From assembly GCA_012295275.1 (NCBI GenBank), contig CM022672.1, positions 31,744,001-31,808,000 of the forward strand: 64,000 bases of DNA, given 5' to 3'. The first letter of the stretch is position 1; each line of letters starts with the position of its first letter. Source of the DNA: Chrysomallon squamiferum (lineage: Eukaryota > Animalia > Mollusca). Under the pieces are notes generated by a model. The model saw only the letters and a program-made list of their open reading frames with translations. It was not told where the DNA came from and did not search any database. Position numbers and translations under genes: made by a program. Positions 25,239 to 39,016 of this stretch are shown here, one piece after another.

Positions 25239-25523
25239 CACTGGTTTTCGGACTTTTTCATACCGCGACCCCTTATGAACAATTCAATACGACAGATGAC
25301 CGCTTTAAAAACATTTATCAATAATATCTAGGGTTACCATATTTTCATCAACCAAAGACAGTACAAAAGGAATCTATATTCACTGTGACAGGTCCCAAAC
25401 CTATCTACATGTTTTTGTTTATTGCTCCTTCCAAGTCAAGTTGAAAAAATCTAAACCCTCGCTGAAAAACGATCTCGCGACCCCCAGAAAAAAGGCTCGC
25501 GACCCCCAGGTTATAAACCTATG
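25239..25523. mobile_element. Non-autonomous hAT (Charlie/Buster-like) MITE, copy 1
   Basis: Imperfect TIRs cactggttttc / tataaacctatg, perfect 8-bp TSD ATTTAGCT (25231-25238 and 25524-25531) with central TA, subterminal gcgacccc repeats; second copy at 54491. Confidence 0.9.
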
Positions 25524-25559
25524 ATTTAGCTGTAGTAGTAACATTGACTAATAATAATC

Positions 25560-25606
<47 letters not shown>

Positions 25607-25671
25607 TAATAATAATAAAAGATAATAATAATAAAAACAAAGATATAAATAAATACAAATAAAAAAAAAAA

Positions 25672-25704
<33 letters not shown>

Positions 25705-25712
25705 AATAGTAA

Positions 25713-25759
<47 letters not shown>

Positions 25760-26751
25760 ACAAATAAAAAAAAAAAAAAAAAAATACAGGTATTTTAAGA
25801 CTGTGGTAGTTTATCTGATCATTATGTTTTGAATTCAGGCTGCAGGAAATAAATGACGAATGTACATACACCTCATTTCTCTGTATACATCTTGAACAGG
25901 ACTACAAATTCTTACAAAGAAATACGAGCTTAAACCTTTCATGGTGGAATAACTGTCACAGCTATCGGATTATTAACATGAAGTATAAACAGAGCTGTTA
26001 GAAGTATTTAATTTTATTTAAATATTCTGTATGTATGATAGTTAAAAATAAACGATGTCAGTGCAAATTACTATTATTACCGTTGACTTTCTTACTGCTA
26101 AATTATTATTTGATCACTGATGCACGGAAATTGACCAGTTAGTTCACAGACTTGTCCAGCTGGTAGAGATGTTCAGTCTCAGTTTTTCTTTTACTTCTTC
26201 TTTTTTTTAATTTTTAATTTTTAATCTCGCAAAAAAGGACGAGAAACATCTTGCACCAGTGGAAATGTTAACGTAGCTTTTTAACCCGGGCAGACGTAAA
26301 TTCGAAAGGTCGCGAGTCGACGATCGTCTGCAGTGTCTAAACTAAAACAGATAACTCTTTGACAGGACCAGTAGAGTTCTCTCCCTTTATTTATTCGAAA
26401 AGAATCTTTTTATCACTGATCGGCAGAACTAAATCTTTGGCGCCCTGAAGCTTCAACTTTTATGAGAAGCTTTCGAAATCAGCAACGAGATCTGCGTCAC
26501 CACTTTTATTATGTCCTGTGGGTTTCTTCTGTGACAGCTCTAAAAGTTTATGTACGGTCTGTTAGATTCATCTTTGTATGTAGTTTAGCATTTTGAATGT
26601 TCTCTGTCTTGTGTACGTCTGATTAAACTCTGCACATAGACAATATTCGTCATTTCTGCGTGAATCTATTTTTTGTGGGAAACTGGGCATTCGCAAGTAT
26701 GTAGTTTAGGATTTTGAATATTCTATGTATGTACGTACGTACGTGTGTGTG

Positions 26752-26831
26752 TATGTATGTATGTATGTATGTATGTATGTATGTATGTATGTATGTATGT
26801 ATGTATGTATGTATGTATGTATGTATGTATG
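26752..26831. repeat. (TATG)n microsatellite
   Basis: Perfect tetranucleotide run. Confidence 0.95.
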
Positions 26832-27068
26832 TTTCCTATTCCATCAACAACAATTATCAATGAAAATAAAGATTTTTCTTATCGAAAGTTTATCCCTTTT
26901 TTGAGGGATTATTATTATTGACTAATTTATTTCATAATAATATGCTGTGTAACATTAATACTCGTTCAGTCTGACTATAGACAAATAGAAACATGAGAGA
27001 GAGAAAGAACGTAAAAAAGAAAGAAAGACAGAACAACAAAAAAAAAAAAAAAAAAATAAATAAACAAA

Positions 27069-27103
<35 letters not shown>

Positions 27104-27173
27104 AAAAACAACAACAAACAAAAAAAACAACAACAACAAACCGATGCGGTAGAAAAGGTCGGAAATGATTTAC

Positions 27174-27393
27174 CTGTAGCAAGTAAAATTTATAAATGAC
27201 GATCCAGAAAACACCCGGAGTGTAGGTAATAAAGTGCCTATATATTTACCTGCATTATGTAAAACTTTCACCTGTGATGTCACCAAGGGACTGAGCGGCA
27301 ACATCACAGAGCCACAGTTCATGTAGAGTGTCCAGTTCTGTTCTGAAAACAACATCAGACGATTTAAATTAATAAGGTGAGACTTCTGTGAAT
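27174..27393 (-). other. Candidate 220-nt minus-strand exon, coding status unknown
   Basis: Strong acceptor ctgtcttttctctccag, CAG|gtaaat donor, one frame open throughout (SQKSHLINLNRLMLFSEQNW...FTCYR). No recognisable domain. Confidence 0.35.
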
Positions 27394-27743
27394 CTGGAGA
27401 GAAAAGACAGAGAGACAGTTAATAAGAAAACACAAAAGAAAGAAAGTTTAAATAAAGATTTAAATTAATAAGGTGAGACTTCTGTGAATCTGGAGAGAAA
27501 AGGCAGAGAGACAGTTAATAAGAAAACACAAAAGAAAGAAAATTTAAATAAAGATTTAAATTAATAAGGTGAGACTTCTGTGAATCTGGAGAGAAAAGAC
27601 AGGGAGACAGTTAATAAGAAAACACAAAAGAAAAAAAGTTTAAATAAAGATTTAAATTAATAAGGTGAGACTTCTATGAATCTGGAGAGAAAAGACAGAG
27701 AGACAGTTAATAAGAAAACACAAAAGAAAGAAAGTTTAAATAA
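27361..27743. repeat. Tandem repeat, 4 x 96 bp, near-identical
   Basis: gatttaaattaataaggtgagacttc starts at 27361, 27457, 27553 and 27649. Confidence 0.95.
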
Positions 27744-28425
27744 CTTGCCTGCAGCCTTAGCTGTTGAATCTGCTTTGTATTTGTCACGTGCTAGGGTTGG
27801 TGTACCCTTAAATAAAATAAATCAGACTTACCACATATTTGAAAAGAATAAGATCCAAAGGATAAATACAGTAATTAACTGGTATCAATCCTCTTCTAAA
27901 TAAATAAATAAAAATTATAATAAAAAGCTATATGTATTGGAGTGATAAAATCAAATAAATAAATTAAAAAATAATAATAAATAAAGATTCAATAATAATA
28001 ATAAGAAGAAGAAGAAGAAGAAGAAGAATGAAATAGTGTCATCAGCTCCATATTAAATGATCTAAGTTCTTTATCTTAGTTGTAATCATATTTCATGTCT
28101 AGCAATATCTAATCTGCATAAGGCATGGTTTACATTTTTGTAAATAAAACCAGATTTTTGAATTCTTATGTTATAAACGTGTTCGTTTTGGACATAGTAT
28201 TTCTGAATTATATACTTTACGTACATGTGTAGTGAAACGAAAATAATGAACTGAGAAAAGACTGCAATGAATATGAATGTTAATGTAACAGATTTATTTT
28301 AAAGTTTTAATAATAATAACCATAGTTATTTTTTACAGCCGGAATGACTTAATAAGTTTGGTAACATTTGGTAACTATAAACTTAGAAAGTTCTCTTTCT
28401 TCCATTTACCACTAAAGAAACAACG

Positions 28426-28457
<32 letters not shown>

Positions 28458-29739
28458 TTTTCATAAAGAAGAGCAACTTAGTAATATAAACTCTCGAGTT
28501 TATATTTACGCGAAAAAAAAAAACAAACAAACAAACAAACAAATAAACAAACAAATAAACAAATAAATAAATAAATAAATAAAATAAAAAAATAAAAAAA
28601 TAAAAAAATGAAATAATCTTGAAAGATAACTGATTTTAAGATACATTTTATACCAGCCCTGATCTTAACCCTAACTCTAACCGTAATACTAAACCTATTT
28701 ATAACAATGGAATATTTATTAACAAACATATCTGTTATCATGTCCTAATTTTTTATATAGTTATACATAAATAACTTGTTACTTTTAAATAAATAAATAT
28801 AAAATAAATACACAAATATAAAAGTCCGAGAGAGAGACAGAGAGAGAAACAGAAAGAGAGAGGTGGGACAGAGAGGGAGAGAGAGACAGAAATAGAGAGA
28901 AAAATATTCAGAGAGTGAGACAGACAGACAGACAGAGATACTCAAACACTCGGATATGTACACATAGAAAAGGCACGTAAAAATATCTTATTAATATATG
29001 CACTTAAGACCTTCTAGTTCTAACTCTGTTTAATTATTATGCAGACGACACATATAGAAATGAAATATTCAACCTTAAATACACACTTGTCATTGCCATG
29101 TTTCCAGGAAAACGTAGATACATACAGAAAATACGAAAGGCAAAATACGGCGTGCATTGTGGGAAGCGGTGATTACCTCGGTTACTGGGCAACCTTTTCA
29201 AGGTTGTCTTCATGGCCGAACGGTAACATCATCCGCCTTCGGAGTGAGTGAGTACCAAGCGTTCGATCCTAAACTACTCAGTCCTAAATTACACACACAG
29301 AGAGACAGACACACAGACAACAACGCATACAATTGCGAGGCTACATATAAAAGTAGATTCGTGAGCTCTGAGTAGCCAGATCTCCGCCTTCGATCTGAGT
29401 TTGTTATTAGTTTTTCTCTAAACCAACCTTTCATAAGTATGAAGTGCAAGAGCAATATAACATATCGGTGTATATTACATACTGTTTATTCTGTTTCAAC
29501 AGTTTATTAACATAGACCAAATAATACTCCTGTTATTTAATGATCACCATTCACAGTAAATGTCCAGTAACAAACATACAGTTTATTTAATGTCGTAAAT
29601 GTCCAGTAACAAACACGTCGTGTTTCACAGTCTTCATTTAGCAGACAACAAAAGTGTTTACTGATACAGTGGGAGATAATTCCTTTACCACTTGCATAGA
29701 GAGAAAGCTTGAGTTATTTCCCCTTAGTGTTTCGAATTT

Positions 29740-30018
29740 ATTCTTTATTAATGGTAGATTTTGAAAAAGAAAGCTTTTGATACAATATCGTGGAAGCAGA
29801 AAAAAAAATACAAAATCAACAACAACAATTATATTAACTTCGGAGTTTCAAATCATGGATATCGATCTTTTCTAATAAACAGGAATCGTGTTTATACATA
29901 AATGGTAAGATTACTAAACGCTTAAAACGTGACACAGGATATAGACAAGGGGATCTGTTATTTCACTGCGTTTTCATTTTGTGCGTTGAGAGTCTTGGAA
30001 TCGTGGTAAGAAATAAAA

Positions 30019-30061
<43 letters not shown>

Positions 30062-31076
30062 GGGATTGAGATAAACGGCAATGAATTTTGAAATTTCGCC
30101 GACGACACAACATTGCTATTAGGTTGGTGTGATAAAACTCTGTAAGCATCTGTGGAAACATTAAAATATTTGATCGATGTATCTGGTCTTAAAGTTAATG
30201 CATATCAAACAAATATAATAAACTTAGGGAAAGACCAAATTAATCATAAAAAAAATCTGATCAAAACAAAAATTAAAATGGACTACAGAATTCACAATAC
30301 TTGGGGTACGGTTTTCCACGGATCTGTATCAAATACAAGAATTAAACTTTAATGCAAAGTCGAATGATGTTAAAAGGCTGCTTGAACAATGGTCAAAATG
30401 TTCTTAGTCTCCTCTAAAAAAAATTACTGCAATAAAAAGTTTAGTTTTATCGAAAATTGTTTTTTTTTTTCTTCACTGCCAAATCCAACAAACTATTTTT
30501 TTTTAAAATATTAGAAACCTATTTCTTTCAGTTTATTTGGAATAAAAAACCTGATAAAATAGCTAGAAAAAAACAAACACCCGCTGCCCCATTATTTGAC
30601 TATTATCAAAATGGTTGTTTAAGAGCAATAATTGTTAAGTTACTTTTTAATGTGTTAAAGATATCGTGGATTAAAGACATAAATTTTAGCAAGACATTGC
30701 CTCTCTTTTGAGTAACTGTTTATAATCAAAAGCTTCACTGACATTAGTTTTAGGGTCAGCCTACAGTGAAGCAAAATTGTTGAAACGCACAAATTCCTTT
30801 TGGAAAAATGTTTTACACATATGGTCAAACTTTCTAGAGAAATGTGAAAGCATAAGGGACAAGATAAAAATACTACGTCAACAGATATAATATAATGTTC
30901 GCATTAAAACTGATAATAAATCAGCTTATTATAAGACAGTGGCAAAGAAAGGAATTTTGTTTTTAAAAGCTCTTTTTGCTAACGACAACTGTATTTAATG
31001 CATTCCATTTTGTAGAATAGAAAATATAACTTAAGACCACAATTTTATATTTATAGTGTGTTGTTGCTAGCTATTA

Positions 31077-31114
<38 letters not shown>

Positions 31115-31310
31115 GCATAAATTTGGTATAGAGTTCTGTAACAAATGGTGGGAAGCTAACTACAAACACCGAGCTTAGATACTTTCAGTACAAGAATTTA
31201 TTATTTGTCTTAATAACAAACATTTGGTATTATATCGTATAAAAAGATTCAGTTAAATGTGAATTTTGTAATATGTTTAGTGAAAATGTAATACGCATGT
31301 TCTCGTTATG
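29740..31310 (+). mobile_element. Decayed L1/Tx1-clade non-LTR retrotransposon ORF2 fragment (RT to C-terminal zinc knuckle)
   Basis: Frame-broken motifs VDFEK-AFDTISW, RQGD..F.LCVE, FADDTTLL, SGLKVN, LLEQWSK, IKSLVLSKIV, FIWNKKPDKIAR, LKISWIK, FWK, LRYFQYK, CEFC. Many stops and frameshifts. Confidence 0.9.
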
Positions 31311-31449
31311 ATCTATTTTTCTATTTTGTTTTCTTATGTTTCTTACAATAATATACACTTTTATTTATGTGATCAAATATTTTTTTATGTCTAAAACAGG
31401 TTAATTTATTTACGTGAACAAATACCTCTAAAACATGTTAATTCTTCTT

Positions 31450-31480
<31 letters not shown>

Positions 31481-32129
31481 TTATTATTATTCTTATTATT
31501 ATTATGGCTGTGGTTTTTACTAATGTTGTGGAGACTTCTGTATTTTAACACATTAATTTACTTTTACTTTTTTATTAGTTTGTTTTAGCTGTATTATATA
31601 TAATACTGTATCATTTGTAGTCAAATAAAAGAAAAGAAAAATAGAAAGAAAATTAAATAAATAAATAAAAATACCAACATATAAATTAAAAAGTGAAACA
31701 AGTAAATAAATAAACAAACAAATAAATTAATAAACAAACAATATTACCACACTGATGAGTATAAGTGTTAGTATTTGAACAAAGCTATTTTTGTTATACT
31801 AAATATAATAAAGGTAGTATTTGTCACACCTGTGTTTAGATCGCTCTGACTCATAACACATACAAATAAAGGAGTGTCCCATGTATTCTGATTCACCATT
31901 ACATTGCATTTTTCACGATCATAGTATAACGTTTCTTGTCGCCAATACAACTGACACGCTATTTTGATCTGACCTACATAACAGACACTTGTTAACGATA
32001 ACTTTTCATCAATATATTGACTGAGAAATAAAGCTAAATATTTTACAAAAAAAATTAGTAATGACAAATTATAATGTTTTTTTTTTTTTTTTTTTTTTTT
32101 TTTAATGACAATTTTGCACAAAGTGTATG

Positions 32130-32504
32130 TATCTACCGCCACACGTGGCGTGACTTGTCCGATATCTGATTTCAATCACGTGCTTATCAGCAGACGACTT
32201 AGTAAACAGCGACACACAGAAAATATTTCAGTGACCTTGTCAAGCAGAAAGGAGTCAGTTCTAGGAAAACCACTCACAAGCAAGAAGCATTATTCAGAAG
32301 TAGTCGGCCATTTTGAAATTTGAAGGTATTTTGTATTTTATTGTCATTTAATATATGCTGTACTATTGCTTTCCTTAAAACAAATCAGACATATAGAAAT
32401 TGTTATCTATTTTGTGAAGGCTATACAATTTTTTGTGTGAATTTTGTTAAAGGCTTTTTTTTCGTACCTAGCATACAGATTTATAAGAAATATCGATAAA
32501 AAAT

Positions 32505-32537
<33 letters not shown>

Positions 32538-32686
32538 TCAATCGTCTTTATAATAATTATTATTATTCCATTAATAATAGTAGTAGTAGTAGTAATAATA
32601 GTATCACCTAAATATAGTTCAATGATTCATCTATTACTTATGCTATATATTTATCGATCGATTACTTTATATTACTTTATTACATT

Positions 32687-32717
<31 letters not shown>

Positions 32718-32825
32718 TTTTAGATTTATCTATACATCCCTGATCTCAGTGATCAATAGCAGAGTTGTTAAACGGAAATTACTCGTTTCTAAGAAATTAT
32801 CGATCAGGAAGTTTTTCAGGTAGGT
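32130..32825 (+). promoter_or_regulatory. Promoter plus two non-coding-exon cassette, copy A (no adjacent CDS)
   Basis: E-boxes cacgtg, YY1-like ggccattttg, AAG|gtattt donor at 32326, second exon ending CAG|gtaggt at 32820. Paralogous to 47800-48515. Confidence 0.5.
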
Positions 32826-32866
32826 ATGTACTTTAAAACTACAAAGTATTTTATATTGTTCTTATT

Positions 32867-32955
<89 letters not shown>

Positions 32956-33099
32956 TTCTTATTTATTTCTTTGCATGTGTTTCGTTCAGTCTTTCTTTCT
33001 TCCTTTCTTCATTCGTTCCTTCCTTGTTTATCTAACATTCATTTTGGTCTATCACCGATGCTAACCAATATATAAAATGTTTTCATCTACAATGGAAAA

Positions 33100-33130
<31 letters not shown>

Positions 33131-33654
33131 AAACAAAGAAGAAAAGAAAAAAAGAATAAACATTATTGCTGCTATGGATATACATGTAACAAACAGCGTT
33201 ATAGCGTGAGGCTTTTTAAACATGAAAAAATATGTGCTAGACCCGACTATAAAATATTTCTTACCATCTGGTGTATGGAAGGTGTAACTAGAGGATGTGA
33301 TAATATTATCTCATATAATTTTTATTACTTTTTATTATTATTATTATTATTATTATATACGAGTTTTAAAAGAAAGAAAAAGAATGTTTGGCAAATTGTT
33401 AATAACTACAGAGGCAAAAATTTAGTCAATAAAACATGCAGATTTTTGCATTTCATGTAATATTATTTTATTGCTTGCCAAAGGGTTTCTGATAATAGTA
33501 AGTCGCATTTTCTTTAAAGTTTATTTTTAATATATGTTCAGCTATTAAATGAATTACGAAACAGAATTATTTGCTTCCCGGAGTGTCTGCCAAATATTGT
33601 AAATTAATAGTAATAATAATGACAAAGACGAACGAAAAAGATTATTACTATTAC

Positions 33655-33697
<43 letters not shown>

Positions 33698-34338
33698 AAA
33701 ACTATTTTGTTTATTATTTATCACAATAATTACATAATATTAACTCTTCCTTTCTGTGTTGTGTTAAGAGAAAATCTTATTTTACAAATTTTAAAATAAA
33801 CGTTTAAATGTATTTTGAAATTAGTGATTTATTGAAATGTATTAAATAAAAAACTTTTAATAGCTCTTTTCTGCAGAGAATTAAATATTTATTACAGAAA
33901 TCTTAAATGAAATTTCTACCAAGATGTATTCACTTTTTTTTCTTTTTTTTTCATTTCTTTTTTCTCATTTCTTTTTCTTATTATTTTTTCTTCAAAACAA
34001 AAAATAAAATGAAAATAAAAATAAAACTAAGATAAATAAAAATAATATAATAATAAAATAACGAAAATAAAATAAATTAAAAAATACAACATGTAGAACC
34101 CGAGTTTGAGTTCCTTGTTGTTTGTTTTCTTGTTTCATAACAAACTTGTGGCCATAGAGACATTTACATTTTTTAAATTTGTGTTAGTATTACTTTAATA
34201 GAATGAACAAAAAGACGTGATTTAACTTACATTAATTTTTCTTTTCGCTTTTGAAATAAAAAATCTTCAAAATAAAATATACCCCGGGTGTTTTCTAGAA
34301 CGGCTTGCATCTCAGTTCCAGTGTAACAGGTCGCAATC

Positions 34339-34913
34339 CTCTGTCACGTCTGAAACACGATTGTCAGATTCCGAGTCTCTGTCACGTCTGAAACACGGTT
34401 GTAAGATTACGAGTCTCTGCCACGTCTGAAACACGGTTGTAAGATTGCGAGTCTCTGTCACGTCTGAAACACGGTTGTAAGATTGCGAGTCTCTGACACG
34501 TCTGAAACACGGTTGTAAGATTGCGAGTCTCTGTCACGTCTGAAACACGGTTGTAAGATTGCGAGTCTCTGTCACGTCTGAAACACGGTTGTAAGATTGC
34601 GAGTCTCTGTCACGTCTGAAACACGGTTGTAAGATTGCGAGTCTCTGACACGTCTGAAACACGGTTGTAAGATTGCGAGTCTCTGTCACGTCTGAAACAC
34701 GGTTGTAAGACTGCGAGTCTCTGACACGTCTGAAACACGGTTGTAAGATTGTGAGTCTCTGTCACGTCTGAAACAGGGTTGTAAGATTGCGAGTCTCTGT
34801 CACGTCTGAAACACGGTTGTAAGATTGCGAGTCTCTGTCACGTCTGAAACACGGTTGTAAGATTGCGAGTCTCTGTCACGTCTGAAACACGGTTGTAAGA
34901 TTGCGAGTCTCTG
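34339..34913. repeat. Minisatellite, 15 x 38 bp (CTCTGTCACGTCTGAAACACGGTTGTAAGATTGCGAGT)
   Basis: Exact 38-bp period from 34339 to 34871, head-to-tail, no spacers. Confidence 0.97.
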
Positions 34914-35221
34914 GCGCGGCGTGAAAACACGTGAACTTTGTTACATTGGAAGTTGATATGCTGCAATGTTACATAACTTTCTAACTGGTACTGCGAAACA
35001 TTAATAGATGTTAATACTGAAAGAGAAACATGGTATATGTCATTTTTATAATTAATCTAAATTTTGTGGTATACGTTTACATGTTGTCATCCCAGAGTAT
35101 ATTCCAAAGGTAATACTAGATGAATGTGTTTTTGTTATGGCAATAATAATGAAAGAGAAAAATCGATTTTGGCGATGATGAATTTTAGTGTATTTTTAAC
35201 AATATATCTGTGAGATAAATC

Positions 35222-35256
<35 letters not shown>

Positions 35257-36112
35257 TTTCTGGTGTACACTACATGACTATCAGCAGTCTGTCAGTTAAT
35301 ATAATTATTTTAAGGATGTGAAATCGTGTTTTTTTATTAATATAGATTCAGCTGAAGAACATTATCTCAAGTCTTACAAATATTATTTATTAGCAAGTCA
35401 ACACAAATCGTTATTTCGAACTATAGAGACACCCGTTGTCTATTAGTATTAAAGTAAGAATGATTACATTTCGGGTAAATGTTGTTAATTGCATCACTTT
35501 TAGTTACAATCTTAGTCACCATATTACAAACGATATTTCTAGTCCTTCGTTATCTTATAGATATGTGATTTTATTAACATACATTCTTTAATTCGTGTGG
35601 ATGTTCTGTGGTTAAAACATGCTGTTAAAAGAATTTTACGTCATCACTTATTACAAGACAATGATGATTTTGAGTGGTCTAAAGGTATTAACTATAGAAT
35701 CTTTAAATTAGAACATTATCTGTTAAAATAGTCACACCAAAATGCTACAATAATATGTAACTTTAAAACTGTTAATGTGAAACAGTAAAGGATTTAATAC
35801 TGGAAAGGAAAAAACGGTAACTGTATTTTTATGATGAATCTAAACTGCCAGGCGTAGTTTACTTCTTGTAACCATATTATAAATGCTAAATTAAGTCTCT
35901 CTCTTTTTTCTTTTTTTTTTTTTTTCTTTTTAAAGGTAATACTAGATGAATGTACTTTTTTAATATGTATATTACATATATACTGGTAATGTGAAACATT
36001 AATGGGAGTAATAATAAAAAAGAAAATAAATGAAATCTGTAATTTCAGAGTATATTTTTACCGTACATCTTCACACACTCACACACAGAGACGCAGATGC
36101 ACACACCATAGT

Positions 36113-36156
<44 letters not shown>

Positions 36157-38899
36157 CACAGAGACACGTACATTCATACCTTCAATCATTCACGAACAGG
36201 CGTAAAGAAATGAACGTACAACATTTTGGCATTGTTTCAATTTGTAAAACAACGTTTCTATTCATTTACAACGTTGTATTTTTCTCTGTAGTTTGCAACA
36301 GAAAGATGCGGAAACTGACAAAATGCGCTCGCTTTTATATGTTTCGGTTGTCATAGAAATAATTGTGTTACCGTAGCTCTCGTAACCGAGTTATATAGCA
36401 ATATAAAATGATGTTAGTATTTGTAGTAGCTCTTGTATGTAGTAGTTGTAGTAGTAGTAATAGTCTGAGTTGTATTTTAGGGGATGTGACAGTGGTTGCA
36501 GCCGTTATAAGTGATGATGACTGAAGCAGTAGTAACAGTATTATAGTAATAAAACTACCAGTACTGATAGCAGTAGTAGTAATAGTGGTTGTAGTTACAA
36601 CAGTCGTGGTAGGAACAGTATTGTAACCACTGTCACCATAGCTACGCTAATATTAACCTACTAATCCCAAATTCAATACCATCATTATACGACCAGATAT
36701 ACATAAACCACCCCAGAAAAAATCCTCAGAAAACCCCCCAGAAGCCCACAATTCCCCCCCAAAAAACAAAAATACAATTACTATTATTACTACAACTAGA
36801 GTCAAAACAACAACTATAGATCGGTAGTAGTGGTAGTAGTAGAAAGAGTAGTAAAACAGTAGCAGTAGTAGTAGCAGTCGTAGGGATAGTAATAATAAAA
36901 ATGATAATAGTAGTAGTAGTAGCAGTAGTAGTTATAATAATAATAATACTAATACTAATAATAATAATAATGACAGTAGTAGTAGTAGTAATAGTAGTAA
37001 TAATAACAATAATATTGATGATAGTAGTAGTAGTTGTAAAAATGAAACAATGAAAAAAGGTCCAAAAAGAAAGACAACAAGAAACAACAACAACAAAAAC
37101 AAAAACAAAATAAAATAAAATAAATTAAAATAAAGTAAATTCACCAGCTGTTTTATGACTTATTTGTATTTCATATTTACTTACTACTTTGTATTTACAC
37201 GTCTACAAATACAAACTATTAGAATTTTAGCACCTGCCTACTCACTTATTTTGTTCTAACAGTCAAACGCTATGCTTTCATCCTCGTTTTTCTTTTTTTT
37301 TCTTTTTTTCAATCTTCTCCTTCTTCGCACTGTCTGTACTGACATATGTTCTTAATAAGCAAGGTAAACCGCAGACACGTCAGTTTACTGTTCCAAGGAC
37401 ACGCGGTTCTAAAGACAAATTCTGCTACTACATTAGACTGAACTTACAAACACGAGTAGAGACCCGGCATTAATCTGCAAGACGTGTGTGAATGTAGCGC
37501 GGAGTCGACACCGGGAGACATGGAATTTCAGTTCAGTGTGGCTGATGGTTTCAGTCACAGAGTGAACGCCGTGTAGGAGTTCAACAGGAGTTCATTTACT
37601 TGTGTTTTTATTCTGTGTAAAGAAACCCGTATATTCCAACCCCTCTACCACAGCTCATTGGTCAAAAAGAACTCATACACCCACGTTTATAATGAATGAT
37701 GTAACATGTGTATTAAATACATAATACATTATTACTCGAACAGAACCTATACACACACTTTCGTAATAAATGATATAATGTATTTAATACGTAATATATT
37801 ATATTAATTATCAAATGTAATCCTTACGCTGGCGTTCATAATGAATAATATATAATACATTTTAAATATATAATAATATAGACATTAAAAATATCATATT
37901 TTCAGATTGACTTTATATATATAAAATAAATATTTATAGCCTTTACCCAAATTATTATTATTATTAGTAGTAGTAGTAGTAGTAGTACTAATAGTAGTTA
38001 TAGTAATTGAAGTACGAGTAGTAGTAGTTGTAGTAATAGTAGTAGTAGTGTATTATACATTATTTTAATGTTTCTATCACAAATATGAAAACACATCATC
38101 ATTATCGACATTATTATATTACTAGTACTCTATTATTATTATTATTTAGTTAGTTAGTTAGTTAGTAGTAGTAGTAGTAGTAGCAGTTGTTGTTGTTGTT
38201 GTATTATTAGTAGTAGTAGTAGGATAAATGTGTTAATCGGGTTAAGATTGCAATATAAAAATTCTAAATTAATGTCAGTTTCGTAATATATTCTTTTTAA
38301 AAAAACAAACCAGTATTTAGGCGTATAGAAGAATTACCAGTATTATTATTATATATAACTTAGCATAACGAGTTTTAACTGTTAACGTGGGACTGGGAAA
38401 AATTAAACGCTTATCTGATTATGTGTCATCTGCTACAGCAGTATTTTCACAAGATTCAGCGTTTCTATCCGTCTCGTGCGTCTCACGCGCTTTGAGTCAC
38501 TATGGCAATAGCTGAGTGACGGAGGCGATAGAAGTGGGAGGAGCTAATATTTGTCAGAAATGTTGGCGATTTATCTCTACGGCGGAACCCAGATAGGGAG
38601 GAAACTGGTAATGGGGGGTGACTAAAGTCCGCACAAAAAGTTCTAGGTGTGGTTACACTCCCGTCCCCTCAGAAAGAGTTAGATTCTGTCCTGTATATTT
38701 AATATTCTGAACTCGACACCCCAAAATATCTATTGACAAAATATGTACCTACTTATATACTGAACTGAAAGCGATATAAACACATATGTATCGAGAATTA
38801 CAAAGATAGTTTCACTAACATGTAGAACTGTCTACAGTTAAACTAAATATAGATGTAGACAAGTCTGTTAAACTGGTTAACACTGAATCAGATACAGAT

Positions 38900-39016
<117 letters not shown>

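Larger units (their letters stand above)
28990..33330 (+). repeat. Segmental duplication, copy A
   Basis: 28990-31180 aligns to 39255-41128 and 31761-33325 aligns to 47406-49010, same orientation, high similarity with indels. Confidence 0.92.

Noticed and set aside
30152-30711. Small standalone genes (also 40469-40666)
   Set aside because: Fragments of the decayed L1/Tx1 ORF2, partly out of frame.
34339-34913. CRISPR array (38-bp repeats)
   Set aside because: Units are head-to-tail with no unique spacers, there are no cas genes, and the context is eukaryotic.
34339-34913. Coding tandem repeat on the minus strand
   Set aside because: The single TGA per unit is removed only in units 3, 5, 9 and 11, not in every third unit, so no frame stays open.
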